Below, one piece after another: positions 50,701 to 64,000 of a DNA stretch of 64,000 nucleotides. The notes beneath the pieces were generated by a model, which saw nothing but the letters and a program-made list of their open reading frames with translations, was not told the origin of the DNA and ran no database searches. This DNA is from Chiloscyllium plagiosum (taxonomy: Eukaryota): the NCBI RefSeq assembly GCF_004010195.1, contig NC_057753.1:3627514-3691513 (forward strand), written 5' to 3'. Within the stretch, counting starts at the first letter, position 1, and every line of letters begins with the position of its first letter. A program made the translations under genes and the position numbers.

Positions 50701-52945
50701 ATTAGGATTGCTGAGGGAGAAAAGAAATGGCTGAGCAAATGGTAGACGAACGCAGGGCAGATATCCCCCACAGTCATCCTCCTCCAAAAGAGGTATACCG
50801 TTTTAGATACTGTTGGGGGAAATGTCTCACTTGGAGAAGGTAGCAGTAACCAGGTTCTGTTGCATAGACGAGCGGGGAAGAAGGTGGAAGGGTTATGGCT
50901 ATAGCGGATTCAATTGTAAGGTGAGTAGATCGGCGGTTCTGTGGTCGAAAACCTGGTTCCAGAATGGTATGGTGCCTCCAAGATACACGGGTCAGGGATG
51001 TCTCAGATCGGCTGCAGGACATTCTGAAGGGGGAGGGTGAACAGCCAGTTGTTGAGGTGCATTTCCGCACCAATTGTATAGGTAATAAACGGGAGGAGGT
51101 CCTACAAGCAGAATTTAGGTATTTAAGAACCAAGTAAAAAGGTAAGGCCACAGAGACAGTAATCTCAGGATTGCAACCAGTGCCACGTACTAATCAGAGT
51201 AGAAATGAAAGAATAGGCAGGATGAAAGAGTGGTTGAGAAATGGCGCAAGAGGGAATGGTTCAGTTTCTTTGGGACATTTGGGACTGGTTATGGGGGAGG
51301 TAGTACAATTGCAAATTGCACAGTCCCTGGGCCGGAATGGAAACAAAACCCTTTTAATATCGAGGAGGGTTAAACTGATGTAGCATCGGCTGGGAGACAA
51401 ATGAGAAAGTTAGTTGACAATAAAGAGGTCGTAACTAAAACCTGTATGGAAATAGATAATGAGGTCAGCGTGACTAAGGGTAGGAGTAGGCATGGAGCAG
51501 ATGTTGAATGCAAAGGGACTGGTGGTCTGAAGTGCAATTGTTTTAATGTAAGAAGTGCAGGAGGTAAGACAAGAACTTAGGGCTTGGAATAGTACCAGGG
51601 AGTATGATGTTATTGCGATTACTGAGACTTGATTGAGGGAGGAGCATGATTTGCAACTAAATATCACAGGAAATCGATGTTTCAGGCGGGATAGAGAGGC
51701 AGGTAAAAGGGGTGGAGGAGTTGCATTTCTGGTCAGAGAGGATATCACAGCAGTGCTGAAGGAGTGCACTATTGAGGACTCGAGCAATGAGGCAATAAGA
51801 GTAGAGCTCAGAAAAAGGAAGCTTGTGATAACAATGTTGGGGCTGTCCTACAGGTCTCCCAAATAAAGATTCAAATATGTGGACAGTTTATGGAAAGGTT
51901 CAGGAGCAACAGGGTGGTGGTGATAGGAGATTTTAATTTTCCCAACATTTACTGGGGTTCAATTAGTGTTAGAGGTCTATGTGGAACAGCATGTGTAAGG
52001 AGCATCCAGGCGACTTTTATAGAGCAGCATGTAAATACACCGACTCGGGAAGGGGACATACTGGATCTGACATTGGGGAACCGAGGCAGACCAGGTGGGA
52101 AAAGTTTCAGTAGGTGACTATTTGGGAGTAGTCATCACAATTCCATATGTTTTTGAATACCCATTAACAAAGACGAGATTGGTCCTCAAGAAACTGGGGA
52201 ATATAGATTGGGAGCAGCTGCTTGAAGATAAATTGTCATTTGATTTGTGAGAGGCTTTGAAAGAGAAGTGGATTAGAGTGCAGGAGAGACATGTGCAGGA
52301 GAGCAGTGAGGCGTTATGGGTAGAGCTGAGAAATAAGAGTGTTGCAGTTACATTGTTGGGTTGTATTATAGGCCTCCCAACTATGTGACTGAGGCCGAAG
52401 AACAAATAGGTAAACAGATTAAGGAAAGATGTCGAGGCAACAGGGTAGTGGTGATGGGAGATTTTAATTTTTCCAACATTGACTGGGATACACTTAGGGT
52501 CAGATGTCAAGTTGGGGCAGAATTTGTAAGGAGCATCCAGGAAAGGTTTCCAGAGCAGTATGTCAATAGTCCGACGAGAGAAGGGATCATATTGGACAGG
52601 TGTTGGGGGATGAGCCAGGCCAGGTTGTAGTGGGGGATTTCTTTGGGAATATTGACCAGAATTCTCTAAGTTTTAGAATACTCGCAGACAAAGATGAGAG
52701 TGATCCTAAGGGAAGAGTACTAAACTGTGCCATGGCCAATTGTATGAAAATCCGGGAGGAGATGGGCAATGTGGATTGGGAGTAGCTATTTGAAGGGATG
52801 TCCACATTTGATATGTGGGAAGCTTTCAAAGATAGGTTGAAGGTAGGGCAGGATAGGGATGTCACTTTGAAAACAGGGGAAAGGAAAGACAAGATTCGTG
52901 CATCATGAGTGACAGGAGAAATCGTGCAAGTAGCCAACAGGAAAA

Positions 52946-53255
52946 GCACGGTGGCACAGTGGTTAGCACTGCTGCCTCGCAGCGCCAGAGACCCGGGTTC
53001 AATTCCCGCCTCAGGCGACTGACTGTTTGGAGTTTGCACATTCTCCCCGTGTCTGCGTGGGTTTCCTCCGGGTGCTCCGGTTTCCTCCCACAGTCCAAAG
53101 ATGTGCAGGTCAGGTGAATTGGCCATGTTAAATTGTCCGTAGTGTTAGGTAAGGGGTAAATGTAGGGGTATGGGTGGGTTGCGCTTCGGCGGGTCGGTGT
53201 GGACTTGTTGGGCCGAAGGGCCTGTTTCCACACTGTAAAGTAATCTAATCTAATC
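52946..53255 (+). mobile_element. HE1/V-SINE, young, inserted in the nested CR1
   Basis: Near-consensus A/B boxes, V-domain, (taatc)n tail. Confidence 0.92.
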
Positions 53256-54496
53256 AAAGCATCCATAAGGTCCAGGCAGCTACGAACAGAAGGGGCCTTG
53301 GAGGAATATCGGGAGAGTAGGATCCATCTTAAACAAGGAGTTGAGCGGGCTAAATGGGGTCATGAAATAACTTCAGTAAACAGAATTAAAGAGAATCCCA
53401 AGGCCTTTTATTCATATATAATGAGCAAATGAGAAACTACAGAAAGGGTCATTGCACTAAAGGATAAGGAAGGACGTTGTGCGTCGAACCCTGAGAAAAT
53501 GGAAGAGATTCTGAAAGAGTACTTTGCATCAATTTTCACTGAGGAGAGGGACATGATGAATGTTGAGATTAGAGATAGAAGTTTGTTTACTCTGGATCAC
53601 TTTGACATAAGGAGGGAAGGTATGTTGGATAGGCTAAATGATATTAAGGTGGACAAATCCCCAGGATAGAGTGGGATCTCTCTCAGGTTGCTGAGGGAGG
53701 TGAGAGAGGAAATAACTGGGGCCCTAACAGATACCTTTGTAGCATCTTAAACACGGTTGAGGTGCTGGAGGACTGGAGGGTTGCCAATGCTGTCCCCCTG
53801 TACAAGGAGGGTAGTAAGGATATTCCAGATAACTACAGATCAGTGAGACTGACGTCAGTGGTGGGAGAGTTGCTCGAGAAGGTACTGAGGGATAAAATAT
53901 ATTTATATTTGGAAAAGAATGGGCTTATCAGTGATAGGCAACATGGTTTTGTGCGGGGGAGGTCGTACCTTACAACTTAGTAGACTTCTTTGAGGATTTG
54001 AACAAGTTGATAGATGAAGGAAGGGCTGTAGATGTCATATGCATGTATTTTAGTAAGGCGTTTGATAAGGTTCCATGCTAAACAAATGAAGAAAGTAAAG
54101 TCACATGGTGTGCAGGATGTTCTAGCTCGATGAATAAAGAACTGGTTGAGCAACAGGAGAGAGAAAGAGAGAGAGTAGTAGTTGAACTGATTTTCTCGAA
54201 ATGGAGAAACGTGACCAGTAGTATTCCACAGGGATCACTGCTAGGGCCACTGTTGTTTGTGATATACATAAATGATCTGGATGAGGGCATTGTTGGTCTA
54301 ATCAGTAAGTTCGCAGATGACACAAAGATTGGTGGAGTAGCAGAAAACATAGGCGACTGTCAAAAAATACAGGAGAATATAGACAGACTGGAGAGTTGCG
54401 TGGAGAACTTGCAGATGGAGTTCAATCTAGGAAAATGTAAGGTGCTGCATTTTGAAAAGTCTAATTCTAGAGCGAACTATGCTGCAAATGAAAGAG

Positions 54497-54720
54497 TCAA
54501 AAGTGAGGACTGCAGATGCTGGAAACAAGAGTTTAGATCAGAGTGGGCTGGAAAAGCACAGCAGGTCAGGCAACATCCGAGGAGCAGGAAAATCGACGTT
54601 TTGGGCATAAACACTTCATCAGGAAACTTGATGAAGGGCTTTTGCCCGAAACGTCAATTTTCCTTCTCCTCGGATGCTATCTGACCTACTATGCTTTTTC
54701 GGTACCACCATGATCTAAAA
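54497..54720. mobile_element. Palindromic Penelope-derived element with ~16-bp TSD
   Basis: TSD gctg(c/t)aaatg(a/g)aagag at 54481-54496 and 54721-54736; cores ...cttcatcagg and tgatgaagggcttttgcccgaaacgtc. Confidence 0.8.
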
Positions 54721-57700
54721 GCTGTAAATGGAAGAGACTTGGGAAAAGCTGATGAGCAGAAAGATCTGGAGTTATGGTCCATTGTACCCTGAAGGTTGCT
54801 GCATAGTTGGATAGAGTGGTTAAGAAGACATGTGGTATGTTTTCCTTCATCGGATGGGGTATTGAGTATAAGAGCTGGCAGGTTATGTTAAAATTGGACA
54901 ATAATTTGTTTTAGCCGCATTTAAAGTACTGTGTACAGTTCTAGTCGCCACATTGTGAAAAGGATGTGGATGCTTTGGAGAGAATGCAGAGAAGGTTTAC
55001 GAGGATGTTGCCTGGTATGGAAGGTGCTAGGTATGAAGGCAGGTTGAGTAGGTTAGGATTGCTTTCATTAGAAAAAATGAGATTCAGGGAGGACCTGATT
55101 GAGGTCGACAAAATCATGAAGGGTATAGGCAAGATACAGATAAGCTTTTAACTAGGGTCAGGGAGTCAATAACGAGAGGTCACGCGTTCAATGTGCGAAG
55201 TGAAAAGTATAAAGGGGATATATGCGAAAAGCACTTCACACAGAGGGTAGTAGCTGCCTGGAACGCGTTGCCAGCAGAGGTAGTAGAGGCAGGCACGGTA
55301 GATTCATTCAAGGTGCGTCTGGACAGATGCATGAGTAGGTGGGGAGCAGAGAGATACGGATGCTTAGGAATTGGGCCATAGGTTTAGACAGCTGATTTGG
55401 ATCTGATGAGGGTTGGAGGGCAGAAGTGCCTGTTCTTGTACATTTTCTTTGTTCTTTGTTCTTTGTTCCAGTGAAAATGAGGGATAGAAATGACAATGTT
55501 AAGGAACCATGGATGACAGTTGAAGTTGTGAGACCAGCTGAGAGTATAAAGGAAGCATATGTAAGGTCGAGTCGACTGAAGACAGACGAAGTTTTGAAAG
55601 AATAGAGGACTGTAGGACCAATCTGCAACTATGAGGAACTATGAGGGTTACTGGTGATTACGAAATGTTTTTTAGCAAACAAGGTTACGGAAAATCCCCA
55701 AGCCTTTTATTCATATATGAGAAACAAGAGGGTAATGAGAGAAAGGGTTAGCACACTCAAGGACAAAGGAGGAAAGTAATTCATTGAGTCAGAGTAAATG
55801 TGTGAGATTCTGAGTGAGTACTTTGCATCTGCATTCACTAAAGAGAGGGACATGACAGATTTTGAGGATAGGGATAGATGTTTGATTACTGTAGATAATG
55901 TCGGCATAAGGAGGGAGGAAGTGTTGGGTATTCTAAACGGAATTAATATAGACAAGTCCCCAGGACCGGATAGGATATTTTCCAGGTCACTGGGGGAATC
56001 AAGAGAGGAAATAGCTTGGGCCTTATGAGATATCTTTGCAGCATCATTGAACACGGGTGAGGTACCGGAGGACTGCCGAATTGCTAATGTTGTCCCCTTG
56101 TTTTAGAAGCTTAGTAGAGATAATCAAGCTAGTCATAGACTGGTAAGCTCGATGTTAGTGGTAGGGAAACTGCTGGAGAATACACTGAGGGATAAGATCT
56201 GTTCCCATTTGGAAGAAAATGGACTTATCGGTGATAGGCAACATGGTTTTGTGCAGGCAAGGTTATGTCTCACCAATTTAGTAGAATTTCTGAGAAAGAG
56301 ACAAAATGTATTGCTGAGGGAAGAGCTGTAGATGTCAGAAACATGGGCTTCAGTACGGCATTTGATAAGGTTCCCCATGGTAGGCTGATGGAGGAAGTGA
56401 AGTCGCAGGGGGTTCACCGTGTACTAGCTAGATGGATAAAGAACTGGCTGGGCAACAGGGGACAGAGAGTAGTAGTCGAAGGGAGTTTCTCCAAGCGGAG
56501 AAATGTGACTGGTGGTGTTCCACAAGGATCCGTGCTGGGATGACTGTTGTTTGTAATTTACATAGCTGATCTGGAATAAAGTATGGGTGGTCCGATTAGC
56601 TAGTCTGCAGATGAAACTAACATTGGTGGTGTAGCAGGTAGTGAAGGGAACTGTCAGAAAACCCAACAAAATTTGGATAGATTGGAGAGTTGGGCAGAGA
56701 AATGGCAGATGGGGTTCAATCTGAATCCGAGGTGATGCATTTTGGAAGATCCAATTCAAGAGCGAATTATACAGTAAATGGTAGTATCCTGTAGAAACTT
56801 GGTGTACAGAGAGATCTAGGTGTTCAGGTCCATTGTTCCCTGAAGGTTGCAACGCAGGTCGATAGAGTGGTCAAAATGCATATGTCATGCTTCCTTCATC
56901 GGATGTGGTATTGAGTGCAAGAGTTGGCAGTTCATGTTACAGTTATATAAGTTAGGCTACATTTGGAATCCTGCATACAGTCCTGGCCACCACAAGGATG
57001 TGGATGTTTTGGAGAGGGTGCAGAGGAGGTTCACCAGGAAGTTGCTTGGTATTGAGGCTGTGAAGGGTGAAGAAAGGTTGAGTAGATTAGGATTATTTTC
57101 ATTCGAAAAACGAAGGTTGAGGGGGGACCTGACAGCTCTAAAAAATCATGAGAGGTATAATCAGGGTGGATAGCAAGAAGTTTTTTCCCAGAATGGGGGG
57201 CTCAATTACGAGGGGTCTAATTTCAAAGTGAGAGGGGGAAAATTTAATGGAAATACGCATGGAAAGTTCTTTACACAGACGTTGGTGGGTGCCTGGAGCG
57301 CGTTGCCAGCATTGATGGTAGAGGCGGGAATGATAACGTTCTTTTTAAGATATATCTAGATACATGAATGTGTAGGGAGCAGAGGGATAAAATGGGCGAC
57401 AGGTTCAGATGGAGGATCTGGATCAGTGCCGGCTTAGAGGGTCGATGGGTTTGTTGCAGTGCTGTAATTTTCTTTGTGGATCTTGGTTGAGACATTTGTG
57501 TTCACAGTGTTAATCCTTTATCTGTCCATCAATGCTCCCTCTCCTACTCTGTTTGTAATTTAATTTAATTCTCGCATACACAGTGTGTTGGTTTTATTGA
57601 AGTGATCTGTTAATTTTATTGGGTTGAAGGGAACCTAGTCACCTCAGAATATACCTGTATGGATTTGGACATATCTGCGCTGAAATCAAGCACTTTCAGA

Positions 57701-58609
57701 TGAATATATCATCATTTAAGCATTCTGAATTTCACTAGCCCATGTGGAAAATATTTGTTAATTTGATTTAAATCTCAGAATGCATTATTGAATGATTTTC
57801 TCCGCAGCTGACAAAACCATACTGACCCATCTAAGTACATATTGATTTTAAGATTGTTGAACAGGATTTGTCCACACTGAACTGAATTGTGGTCAACTAT
57901 TCCTCACTGCTCTGAAGATGAACACTCTGATTTGACCTAGCTTTGATCTGGCTTTTCTTCATAGCTGAAACGCTTCATATCAAGCATTCTGACGAATAGC
58001 TTCTACATTGTCGACAAAATGCAACGACACCCTTCGTCTCGTGTAGTGACTAGAACTTTACAGAGTACTACAGCTGTGGCATAGCTAAATTGCTGTTAGG
58101 CGCCAACATAACCTCCATGCTCATATAATCTTCATCACAACTCATAAACGCAAGTGTCCTTTATGCCTTGTTATCTAGCCAAGTTATCTGTCCTGCTGTA
58201 TTCAGGGATCTGTGGACAAACATCCCAAGCTGCCTCTGTTCCACCGAGCTTCCTACACGTTGAATGTGATAGGTCTGCAATTATTTGAATCAATTTTGTA
58301 CTCACTGAACGCAGCCTCAAGGATCAAAATCTGTACATATGTATGTCATTAGTTTTTTTTAAAAAACTTGTACATTGAATTTACACGTAATGATTAGGGC
58401 ATATTGATACTGAACATGACTGTGTTGTCACCTGTTCATGGTGAGCTGGCACTCTCCACATTGATCATTAGGAGGCCCCAAGCTAAAGTCCATAGCGAAT
58501 ATTTTAATAAAGAACTGAGCCTTTATATATTAAATGCAATCATCTTAGACTGGACCTATCTGCAATAATTGCAGAAATTTTTGCATTGAAATGACTGGAA
58601 ATGGCTGAA

Positions 58610-58830
58610 CTATCGATCACAAGGGGCCATAATTTTAATGTGATTGGAGGAAGGTTTAGGAGAGATGTGAGAGGAAGGTTCTTCACACAGAGAGTTGAAT
58701 TCACTGCCAGCATTGGTAGTGGAGTCAGGCACAGTAGGGATATTTAAGCGATTCTTTGATAGGCTGGTCTTATATAAATAGTAGGAGAAAAGGTCGGCAC
58801 AACTTTAAAGGCCAAAGGACCTGGACTGCT
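58610..58830 (+). mobile_element. CR1 3' end fragment
   Basis: RGH...V.GGRFRRDVRGRFFTQRV, ggtcggcacaac...aagggcc-like 3' UTR. Confidence 0.7.
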
Positions 58831-59187
58831 GACAAAAAGCGTTTGACCGAGATCTGGAAACACGTTGCATCTCATCAGCAATTATGTGGACAGAGAAATG
58901 AGCTGAAGTGAGAAACTAATCATGTCTCCCTCAGAATATTGGTACTTATCAAATGTGGTCAACAATGAAAACCACTGCTTTGACATTGACCCATATATAG
59001 ACAGTTTCTATATCTGTGCACAATACTACTGCGACAATTTCTGGGTATTTCCTGACAGGGCCATGCTCTGTTCCCATGAAAATATAAACATTCAGTTCAA
59101 TCAAACCTTAAAACCTGCCGGGCATCAGCTGCACTAACCTGTTTTTGTAATCGCTTTAATTCATGCAAAACCAACCCAAGTTCTTAC

Positions 59188-59215
59188 TTCCCAGGAGTCC
59201 TTAATGATCTATAAC
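59188..59215 (+). promoter_or_regulatory. Putative core promoter of copy 4: O/E-like TTCCCAGGAG (59188-97), homeodomain TAATGA (59202-07), TATAAC (59210-15)
   Basis: TATA-like box 56 bp upstream of ATG 59266, the same spacing as copies 2 and 3. Confidence 0.45.
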
Positions 59216-59265
59216 AAGGACTAAATAGAGTGAAAGGTAGAATGCAGAGAAGGTCGTTGATAAAA

Positions 59266-59335
59266 ATGCACCAAGTGCCATCAGGCCTGCTGTTTGCCAT
59301 TTACTATCCCGTGATTGCAATGATCGGAGTTCCAG
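59266..59335 (+). CDS. GPR139-like: GPR139-like GPCR copy 4, exon 1 (70 nt; an in-frame ATG at 59242 could add 8 aa)
   Basis: MHQVPSGLLFAIYYPVIAMIGVP-G|gtaaaa; homologous to exon 1 of copies 2 and 3. Confidence 0.85.
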
Positions 59336-60499
59336 GTAAAATGCTGCCGATATTTGTTAACTGCAACAATTTTTACATTTTGCCAGTAGCGCATTGTACT
59401 TTCCTGATCTGCTTTATTTCATTGAATATGATGTATTGTCCTATTCACCCATTTAATACCTATATTTTACATGATATATCTTTCTTCCTATCATTTTCGT
59501 TATTTTATAGCATCAGTTTTTTACAATCGTTATAATTTCTTCGGTGTTTTTGCATATATTTCTACCAATATATGTCTAATTCATTCCACTAAACATTCTA
59601 ATTTCAGACCCTTGCAAAAAAACTCGTTATGTCGAATTTGCCAGCTTTTTGTTACACTTTGTAATTAATATTTTATCGTATTGACAGTGGACTATTCTCA
59701 CATTTACAATGCAATTAGATTTTGTTGCATTTTTGGCATGATGACAACACTTGTTCTCACAAATATTACGATTGCCTTGTGTTATAATCGATGCTATTGT
59801 GTTAGGATGCTAAACATCTGGTATGAATGTAGTTTGATCTATCAATCATAAATTTCTTGCGACTGAGTTATTACTACAGTATGACTGTGGTTCTGATGTC
59901 AGGTTGAAATATCTTTGTTGGTCAGTTTTCACACATTTCACTTAAGTGTAGTTGCCTTGTGGTATGCCCGTTGATCTTGCTGGTGAATGGAGCTATGTTA
60001 TTTGATTGCAAGTGTATGTGCAGATGCATTATCGCATTGCAATTGCTGTCAGTAATCATGACGGAATAATTTCCACAAATTAACACAGCATTGAAGTGTA
60101 CTGAACCATTAAATAATTTCCAACTGTGTAAATGTAGGGAACAAACACTATTTGGACCTCCATTTTGGCAGTTCTGCGAACTGCCTTATCGTTGCCCGTC
60201 CATGCACAGTAGTATTTGTCTGGAATTGACATCGTTTCTATTCTCAGTCTATAAAACATGTCATATTTGCAGATTGCTTCATTGAAAATTACCCAATTTT
60301 GAAGTTAGAAGTTCGACAATCGAATAATTGCTGATTTCTGGTGTAATTCTAAAGCATGAACATATTATCGTTCAGCTACTATGAAATGCAGAGAAGACAT
60401 ACATTTTCTGGTTAACAAGACATGACACGTACAATTCCACACTGGTCAACATTGGGATGAATTGGGATTGCACTGGTCGGGTGTAAAGTACGTTCAGCA

Positions 60500-61970
60500 C
60501 GATGTTCCAGGGTGGAGTATTTCAGCTTTAACGAGATACTAGGTGAGCCCGGGCTATTTTCGTTGAAGTAGAGAAGGTTGAGGAGGCATCTAATAGAGGT
60601 CGATAAGATTCTGAGGGTCACAGCTAAAGTATATGGAGAACGGCTGTTCTCATTCGTCAAAAGTCACTGAAAAGGTTGTCTTTCTAAAGCGAAAAGAGTG
60701 AACTTTCGTGTAGATTAGGGGTAATAGTTTGCACCCAGACAGCTTAGATTACTTTACAGTGTGGAAACAGGCCCTTCGGCCCAACAAGTCCACACCGACC
60801 CACCGAAGCGCAACCCACCCATACCCCTACATTTACCCCTTACCTAACACTACGGACAATTTAGCATGGCCAATTCACCTGACCTGCACATCTTCTGGGA
60901 GTCTGGAATGCATTTGCAGGAGGGTAATTAAGCGAGAAACCTCACACCTCTGAAAAGGAAGTAGACTAGCACGTAGAGCATGACAAGTATGGGAAAGTGG
61001 CACAGGGGAATGCGACAGTGCAATTTTGATGGTACAGAGTCAATGGGCTGAAAGGCTACTTCCGTACTGTATGGTCTCATGATTGAACAAATAGATCCAA
61101 TGCATAATTCCACATTTTATTCATTGCACAACGATAACTAGAAGGCTCATGATTATGGAGAGGACTTACAGAGTCACCAAATGTAAATAGATAGGTCAAA
61201 TGAATGGGTAAAGATATGACTGATGGAGACAATGTGAGAAAGTATGAACTTGATATCATTGATAGGACGAAATAGAATCGCAAGGCATGTAGGAAAATGG
61301 GAGAATTTGCAGAAAAGTCGAGTACAAGTGGATTTGTATGTCCTTTTACAGAAAAAATAAACAAAGGGTTTCCAGACACAAGATATTGAATGGTGTCTAA
61401 TATTGCTAGTGAAATGAAACTTGAACACTGTTGTTTAGCCGCAGTTATGCAGTGAAACCATATCCAGAGTTAGGTAACGCTTTAGTCTTCTTGTTTAAGA
61501 AGGGACAATATTGTGCCAGAACAGTTCATGGAACACTAATGAACGCGTGATGATTAAAGATTGTACAGCTGCAGTCTGTATTCATTGACTTCAGAAGAAT
61601 GGCAGCTAATTTTCCTGGAACATGAGAGGCACCGAGGGGACATGACTGATGAATTGTAAAATAATATTTCCTCGAGAAAAGTGGATGCTATTTAAAAATA
61701 ATGGATCCCACATCTGAGGTGGAGTTCTAACAATGTTCCCGGTTATTTCTAATAAAGGCCCCTGAATCCATGGAATTCTGGCTCCCACAGAGAGTGGTGT
61801 AGCCATGTTCTTTGAATTTTGTAATATAGTTTTGATGAACAAAAGAGGCACAGAGAAGAATGGCAGGTTGCAAAATGGATTTATTGCCACAATCAGACCA
61901 TCCATGATCCTGTTGACTAATGGATGAAGCTAAAGGGACACAGTAGTCGTTTCCCGTTCCTATACTGACA
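60500..61970 (+). mobile_element. Highly decayed CR1 3' fragments in the copy 4 intron, with a V-SINE 3' half (60744-60895, minus)
   Basis: MF..VEYF...E.LGE.GLFSL..RRLRR.LIEVDKILR; reverse SINE tail cagtgtggaaacaggcccttcggcccaac. Confidence 0.65.
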
Positions 61971-63059
61971 TATTAATTTATTTATTTCTGAGTTCGTATG
62001 ACTGCTTACGAGAGATATTATTTTCTACTCTTCGCAATTGGTAATGTCTCAGGTTGTTCACACCTTCACTATTTTATTCACATGAAGAGAGACGTCATAA
62101 CCGTTGAAACTCGCATTCACTATAAATCTTTTTATTCAAACGTTCAGTTGGGCCAACATGAATCAATTATTCTCGGTGTGTTAAGTAGCATGAAGGTTTT
62201 GCATTGCATGAAAAGGTTTTGTCAGAAGGACGCATCTTCATTGACGACATTCAGCAGTTCAGTTCCGTTCATAACACCCCCAGGGATCCTCAAGCCACCG
62301 GTACACAGTGTCACTGACACCTGACCTGAAAACTGGTAGAAACATGAAATCTTCATCCACTTTCTTCTGTTTCACAACAGTTTTGAGCAAAGTACTTTTC
62401 AACTTTTCCAACAGTGAACGGTATTAAAATAATTTATTCCAACGAAAACAATTGGCCCTCAGTAAAGTACAATCTGTGTTTGAGTTCGTTTGTACAATTT
62501 GGCAATTTCCGTTATTTCATTGCATTGATATTCTCCACATTAGGTTTTTAATGTACTATTTTCCTTGTGTATTTGATGTCTTTTGTTTTGCTTGTGATGT
62601 GAATTTGATTTCTTGTTGACCTCTGTTGGTTCCTATTAGGCTATGTTGACGTATTGTTCCATTGTTAAATTCGAAATTGGTGATAGTTTTTTTTTATTAA
62701 CGAAGGGTAACAATGGATAAAACAGGTAAATTGAGTTAGGCCAGAGATCTGCCATGATTCCAATGAAAGCCAGAACATGTTTGAGGGACTGAGTGCGCTA
62801 AACTTGTCCCCATTGTCCCATTATGCTATTTCCCTCCTTGAAGTTAAATCTTGGTTGCTATTTCAAAATCAGTAATTGTTCGATCTGAGGGTAAGGGGTA
62901 ATTGTTACCTTAATATTATGACAAAACATTGCAATTTAGCGTAGAAGACTGCGAAAGATCTCATTGTGTTGGAATTTGAAGTAATAACATCCAGTTCTCA
63001 TTCATACGCTCTCACAGCACTCTCCTACTCCTCCCTCACTCTCTGCCTCATTATTACAG

Positions 63060-63976
63060 CTAACTTTGCCGTGATCATGATTCTGTCTCGAAGCCGATGT
63101 GGTCTCACTGGGTGTATCACGTATTACCTGGTTTCTATGGCGGTGGCAGATCTTCTGGTTATGATAACAGCTGTAATATTAAACCGGATTGCTGGGATTT
63201 ATTTCTCATCCAGTTTCCTGTCGATCACACCCGTGTGCAGTGTTCGTTCCGCCCTAAATATTGCAGCAATTGACAGTTCTGCCTGGTTAACGGTAGTCTT
63301 CACCATGGATCGATTTGTATCTATTTCCTGTCAGAAGCTGAAAATAAAATACTGCACCAAGAAAATGGCATCACGCATCATAGGAACCGTGTGTATGCTC
63401 AGCTGCGTAAAAAATATCTTTATCTCCTTTCAATTGGAACCTAGATACGTAATTGACAATATACCCTGGTTCTGTAACATAAAAGATATAATTTATACCT
63501 TTCCAGCATGGATTGTCTATGCCTGGATATGCTCTATATTAACCCCTTTCCTCCCATTCATTCTGGTTTTGCTGCTCAATGCTCTGACTGTCAGACACAT
63601 TCGAGTGGCCAATAAAGCCCGTACGAGACTTCGGAACCAGAACAGTGGCGTGAATCTGATTGACCCAGAGATGGAAAAGCGGAGAAAGTCCATTGTGTTA
63701 CTCTTTGCCATCTCAGCCAGTTTCATTCTATTGTATGTGGTGTCTTTTGTAACAATGCTTTATGTCCGAATAGCAAACACAACTTATTCCTCAGGTTTAG
63801 ATAACCGCAATTTTGTATACATTCTCCAACAAAGTGGATATATGTTGCAATTATTGAGCTCCTGCATCAATCCTTTTATTTATGCTGGAACCCAGCGAAA
63901 ATTCAGAGATGAGTTCAGAAGTGGCGTTAGATGCATCCTTAGATACTTTGTCAAACTATTTCTTTTTCGCAAATAG
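63060..63976 (+). CDS. GPR139-like: GPR139-like GPCR copy 4, exon 2 (gene 59266-63976, 328 aa, intact)
   Basis: Long pyrimidine tract and ttacag|CT AAC acceptor; ADLL, TPVC, TMDRF, PWFC, PFLPF, NPFIY; TAG 63974-63976. Confidence 0.92.
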
Positions 63977-64000
63977 AATAATCCATATTGAACTCCTGTT

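Larger units (their letters stand above)
50740..57480 (+). mobile_element. Near full-length decayed CR1 (ORF1 50740-51380; ORF2 51500-52294 and 55466-57480) hosting a nested CR1 (52295-55465)
   Basis: ORF1 esterase motifs, EN (YDVIAITET, GGGVA, GDFNFPNI.W), RT; host sequence gagacatgt|tccagtgaaaatgaggg rejoins across the insert. Confidence 0.85.

Noticed and set aside
59230..59535. 101-aa ORF as a separate gene
   Set aside because: Exon 1 of copy 4 read through the donor into the intron
62966..63059. N-terminal extension of the 336-aa track ORF (MLEFEVITSSS...)
   Set aside because: It is the intron's polypyrimidine tract read in frame; the real N-terminus is exon 1 at 59266-59335

Overview
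Eukaryotic, AT-rich, repeat-dense genomic DNA from a cartilaginous fish. A shark, probably a carpet/bamboo shark, is inferred from HE1/V-SINEs, CR1/HER1-type LINEs and Penelope repeats. The window holds a cluster of four paralogous two-exon class A GPCR genes of the GPR139/GPR142-like type. Copy 1 (+) is present only as its 3' end (1-476). Copy 2 (+, 14268-16808) is frameshifted by a 17-bp deletion. Copy 3 (-, 35664-32947) is intact, 326 aa. Copy 4 (+, 59266-63976) is intact, 328 aa. Copies 2 and 3 sit on the arms of an old inverted segmental duplication of about 10 kb, and a second inverted block links the copy 1 and copy 3 flanks. The rest is mostly nested, decayed retroelements (CR1 LINEs, Gypsy LTR elements, V-SINEs, Penelope) plus one pogo/Tigger-like MITE. 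The most notable signals are two. (i) All three visible promoters have an O/E(EBF)-like site plus a TAAT homeodomain site near a TATA-like box 56-57 bp before the ATG, an olfactory-receptor-like arrangement that suggests an expanded chemosensory GPR139-like family. (ii) Several palindromic Penelope-derived insertions carry minimal hammerhead ribozyme motifs and 14-16 bp target-site duplications. Repeat boundaries are approximate, read by eye.
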